From NCBI RefSeq assembly GCF_001194135.2, contig NC_068997.1:35882341-35918083 (forward strand): 35,743 nucleotides of DNA, in the 5' to 3' direction. Made by a program: the position numbers and the translations under genes. This document shows positions 33,082 to 35,743 of this stretch, in pieces. The DNA comes from Octopus bimaculoides. Lineage: Eukaryota. Each line of letters opens with the position of its first letter. Position 1 is the stretch's first letter. A model generated the notes under the pieces. The model was not told the origin of the DNA. It saw nothing but the letters and a program-made list of their open reading frames with translations, and did not search any database.

Positions 33082-33988
33082 AAGGCTGGAGTGCGTTGAG
33101 AAATTTTGTGCTGCCGAGCCTGAGGTTGCTAAACCTGAAGAAGTTGCTGTTGCTGCGTCATCTGGTAATGCTCCGACGTCTGAACGCGGATCTCCTGGAG
33201 TTGAAAGTAGCGGTGTGGTCCCAATTAGGAAGAAGCCACAGGAGTTCGATGGCAGGGTGTCGTGGGAAGCCTACCGGATCCAGTTCGAAATGTTAGCTGA
33301 CCAAAATGATTGGGACGAGGGGCAAAGAGCCGTTCAGCTTGCCACTAGTCTGAAGGGTCCTGCACTGGAGGTGCTGGGCCAGCTGTCGAATGCAGACAGG
33401 AATCGATACTCGGCGCTAGTGGAAGTTCTCGAGAGGAAATATGGCACTATGTGCCAGAGTGAAATGTACAGGGCACGTTTCTGCACCCTTGTTAGGGCTA
33501 GAGGGGAGCCCCTAAAACAATTTGCCCAGGACTTGGAAAGCACGGCATACCCGGCATACACAAGGCATACCCGATAGCGACCCCCGACCTCTTGTCTCTT
33601 CTTTTGAAGGAGCAGTTCATCGATGCACTGGACATTGTAGATCTGAAGGTCCATGTGAAACAGACACGGCCAGGTACGATGCAGGAGGTGCTGGCTAGGG
33701 CTTTGGAGTTTGAGTCCTATGTGAAATCGAGCACCTGAAATTTCCGGGTGAGTGACAGCTCCGGATTCAGGGCAAAGAGAGGAACAGTCCATGAGGTAGA
33801 GACGGACTATATGTAATCTGAAACTTTCCCCCCCCTTATTTATTAATTTTTTTTACGGAATTCCACGTTTTAGGCTATGGAGATTCTGATTCTGAAAAAA
33901 AATTTTTTGAAAAATTTCAATTCCCCCCCCCCAACCAAGCAGGCTATTTACATGCTAGAAATAACAGCCAAATCTCACAAAACTAGCG

Positions 33989-34091
33989 TTAGGGTTAGGT
34001 TTAGGGTTAGAGTTAGGGTTAGTGTCAGGGTTAGGGTTAGGGTTCGGGTCAGGGTTACGGTCAGGGTTAGGGTTTGAGTTAGGGTTAGGTT
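33989..34091 (+). repeat. Degenerate interstitial (TTAGGG)n telomere-like array
   Basis: About 17 hexamers, TTAGGG plus variants (TTAGGT, TTAGAG, TCAGGG, TTCGGG, TTACGG). Confidence 0.9.
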
Positions 34092-34106
34092 TACCCTGTG
34101 GATCGA

Positions 34107-34735
34107 NNNNNNNNNNNNNNNNNNNNNNNNNNNNNNNNNNNNNNNNNNNNNNNNNNNNNNNNNNNNNNNNNNNNNNNNNNNNNNNNNNNNNNNNNNNNNN
34201 NNNNNNNNNNNNNNNNNNNNNNNNNNNNNNNNNNNNNNNNNNNNNNNNNNNNNNNNNNNNNNNNNNNNNNNNNNNNNNNNNNNNNNNNNNNNNNNNNNNN
34301 NNNNNNNNNNNNNNNNNNNNNNNNNNNNNNNNNNNNNNNNNNNNNNNNNNNNNNNNNNNNNNNNNNNNNNNNNNNNNNNNNNNNNNNNNNNNNNNNNNNN
34401 NNNNNNNNNNNNNNNNNNNNNNNNNNNNNNNNNNNNNNNNNNNNNNNNNNNNNNNNNNNNNNNNNNNNNNNNNNNNNNNNNNNNNNNNNNNNNNNNNNNN
34501 NNNNNNNNNNNNNNNNNNNNNNNNNNNNNNNNNNNNNNNNNNNNNNNNNNNNNNNNNNNNNNNNNNNNNNNNNNNNNNNNNNNNNNNNNNNNNNNNNNNN
34601 NNNNNNNNNNNNNNNNNNNNNNNNNNNNNNNNNNNNNNNNNNNNNNNNNNNNNNNNNNNNNNNNNNNNNNNNNNNNNNNNNNNNNNNNNNNNNNNNNNNN
34701 NNNNNNNNNNNNNNNNNNNNNNNNNNNNNNNNNNN
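34107..34735. other. Assembly gap (629 N)
   Basis: N run read directly. Confidence 0.99.
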
Positions 34736-35743
34736 AGGAGCCCCACACTCGAGACAGCATGCAAGGACTGTGATGGACAGCATATGAGTGGGTGGAAAAG
34801 TTAACGGCCGGACGTGTTCTCTGGTAATTGATTCGGCCTCGGGACAGACTTTTGTGAGGTCTGATGTGTTGCAGGATCTAGACCTGCCAGAGGCATCGCA
34901 GCAGTTGTGTGGTGTAACCGGACATTGCACTGAGCTGAGAGGGCCAGTTAATGTCCGGATTGATGTTGCCGGATTGGAAGTTGTGCTTCCTGTTTATGTG
35001 GTTGAGATGGAGGATCTGTGCATTTTGGTACTGGACTATTTAACGTCCATGGCGTGTCAGCTGGACTTGCGGTTAATGAAGCTTTCGGTGCAAGGAAGAT
35101 CAGTCCATGTTAAGGTGGTAAAACGGACCACGCCCGGTAGCAAGGTAAGAGCGCTACGGACTATGGTAATACCACCGAAGTCGGAAAAGCTGCTCCAGTG
35201 TCGTGTGAGCAACCCGATTGATGGCTGTCTGGGGCTGGTGGAGCCCAACAGACGAGACAAGATGAAAGCTGGAGTGAAGGTCGGACGAACCCTGGTGGAA
35301 GCAGGAACTAATGAAGTGCTAGTTGTAGCAGCCAATTCTTCTACAGTAGCACAGAAGATTTGTAAAGGGCAAATCGTGGTACTGTGCCAGGCAGTGGACC
35401 AGCGGCAAAGTCAGTTGCATTGTGCAGGAAGAGAAGGGCACATTAAAAAGTGTAGACGTACCACGGTGATTGGATGTGTGTCAATCAGAGAAGTGCAGAA
35501 GAGTCGAAGTCACTACACACTAAGGAAAAAAAAAAGCAAAGAGGCATCGATTTAGGAGTTAGGAATGTTGTTTGCTTTTGTCGGGACGACAAGGATCTAG
35601 GGAAGGGGTAGTGATGGACTGCTGAAAAACAAAATAGCGTTATGTCCCTATTTCCCGAGCTGGGTTTGAAACTGTATTCTGGTTGTTGAGGACAATGGTA
35701 TTTCTTTTGTCCTGTCAACAAGCACAGTTATTTTTAGCGTAGG

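Larger units (their letters stand above)
31910..35743 (+). mobile_element. Gypsy-type LTR element encoding only gag and protease (+ dUTPase-like region); 3' LTR runs off the window
   Basis: 31910-32043 matches 35612-35743 (4 substitutions, one 2-nt indel). PPT AGGGAAGGGG at 35599-35608. Gag 33082-33740 (KPQEFDGRVSWEAYRIQFE..LKGPAL..EQFIDAL). Protease ORF 34788-35555 (VIDSASG..CILVLDYL). No RT, RNase H or IN motifs. Confidence 0.85.

Noticed and set aside
33989-34106. True chromosome end at the TTAGGG array
   Set aside because: The array is short and degenerate, is followed by non-telomeric sequence before the gap, and the same LTR element continues after it.
32761-34930. Long ORFs dominated by X
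   Set aside because: Open only because N gaps contain no stop codons.

Overview
Eukaryotic, AT-rich, repeat-dominated genomic window. The repeat families point to a cephalopod, most likely Octopus (inference from the (GAT)n-tailed RTE 3' ends and tRNA-derived SINEs). No intact host protein-coding gene, rRNA/tRNA gene or CRISPR array can be supported. The window is a mosaic of decayed transposable elements. In order: two R4/Dong-type non-LTR 3' fragments around a (TAA)n tract; a Mag-type Gypsy LTR element (2253-6909); a DINE-1/Helentron-like non-autonomous element; SINEs; a full-length mariner (11365-12637); an RTE LINE (15316-17548) with a rearranged partial copy; a Tigger deletion derivative; a CR1-like LINE; an orphan Tx1/L1-like ORF1; a piggyBac remnant; a mellifera-like mariner (25317-31175) interrupted by a CsRn1-type Gypsy element with a 4-bp TSD; and a gag-protease-only LTR element containing a degenerate (TTAGGG)n array. 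There are five N gaps. The most notable observations are: (1) a canonical C4HC3 PHD finger in frame inside the RTE reverse transcriptase; (2) a twin-priming/fold-back RTE rearrangement forming a long hairpin; (3) strongly one-sided GC-vs-AT differences between duplicated parts of the CsRn1 element; (4) a CCCH finger upstream of the CR1 endonuclease; (5) a pol-less gag-pro LTR element. All alignments were done by eye, and element boundaries without a TIR/TSD are approximate.
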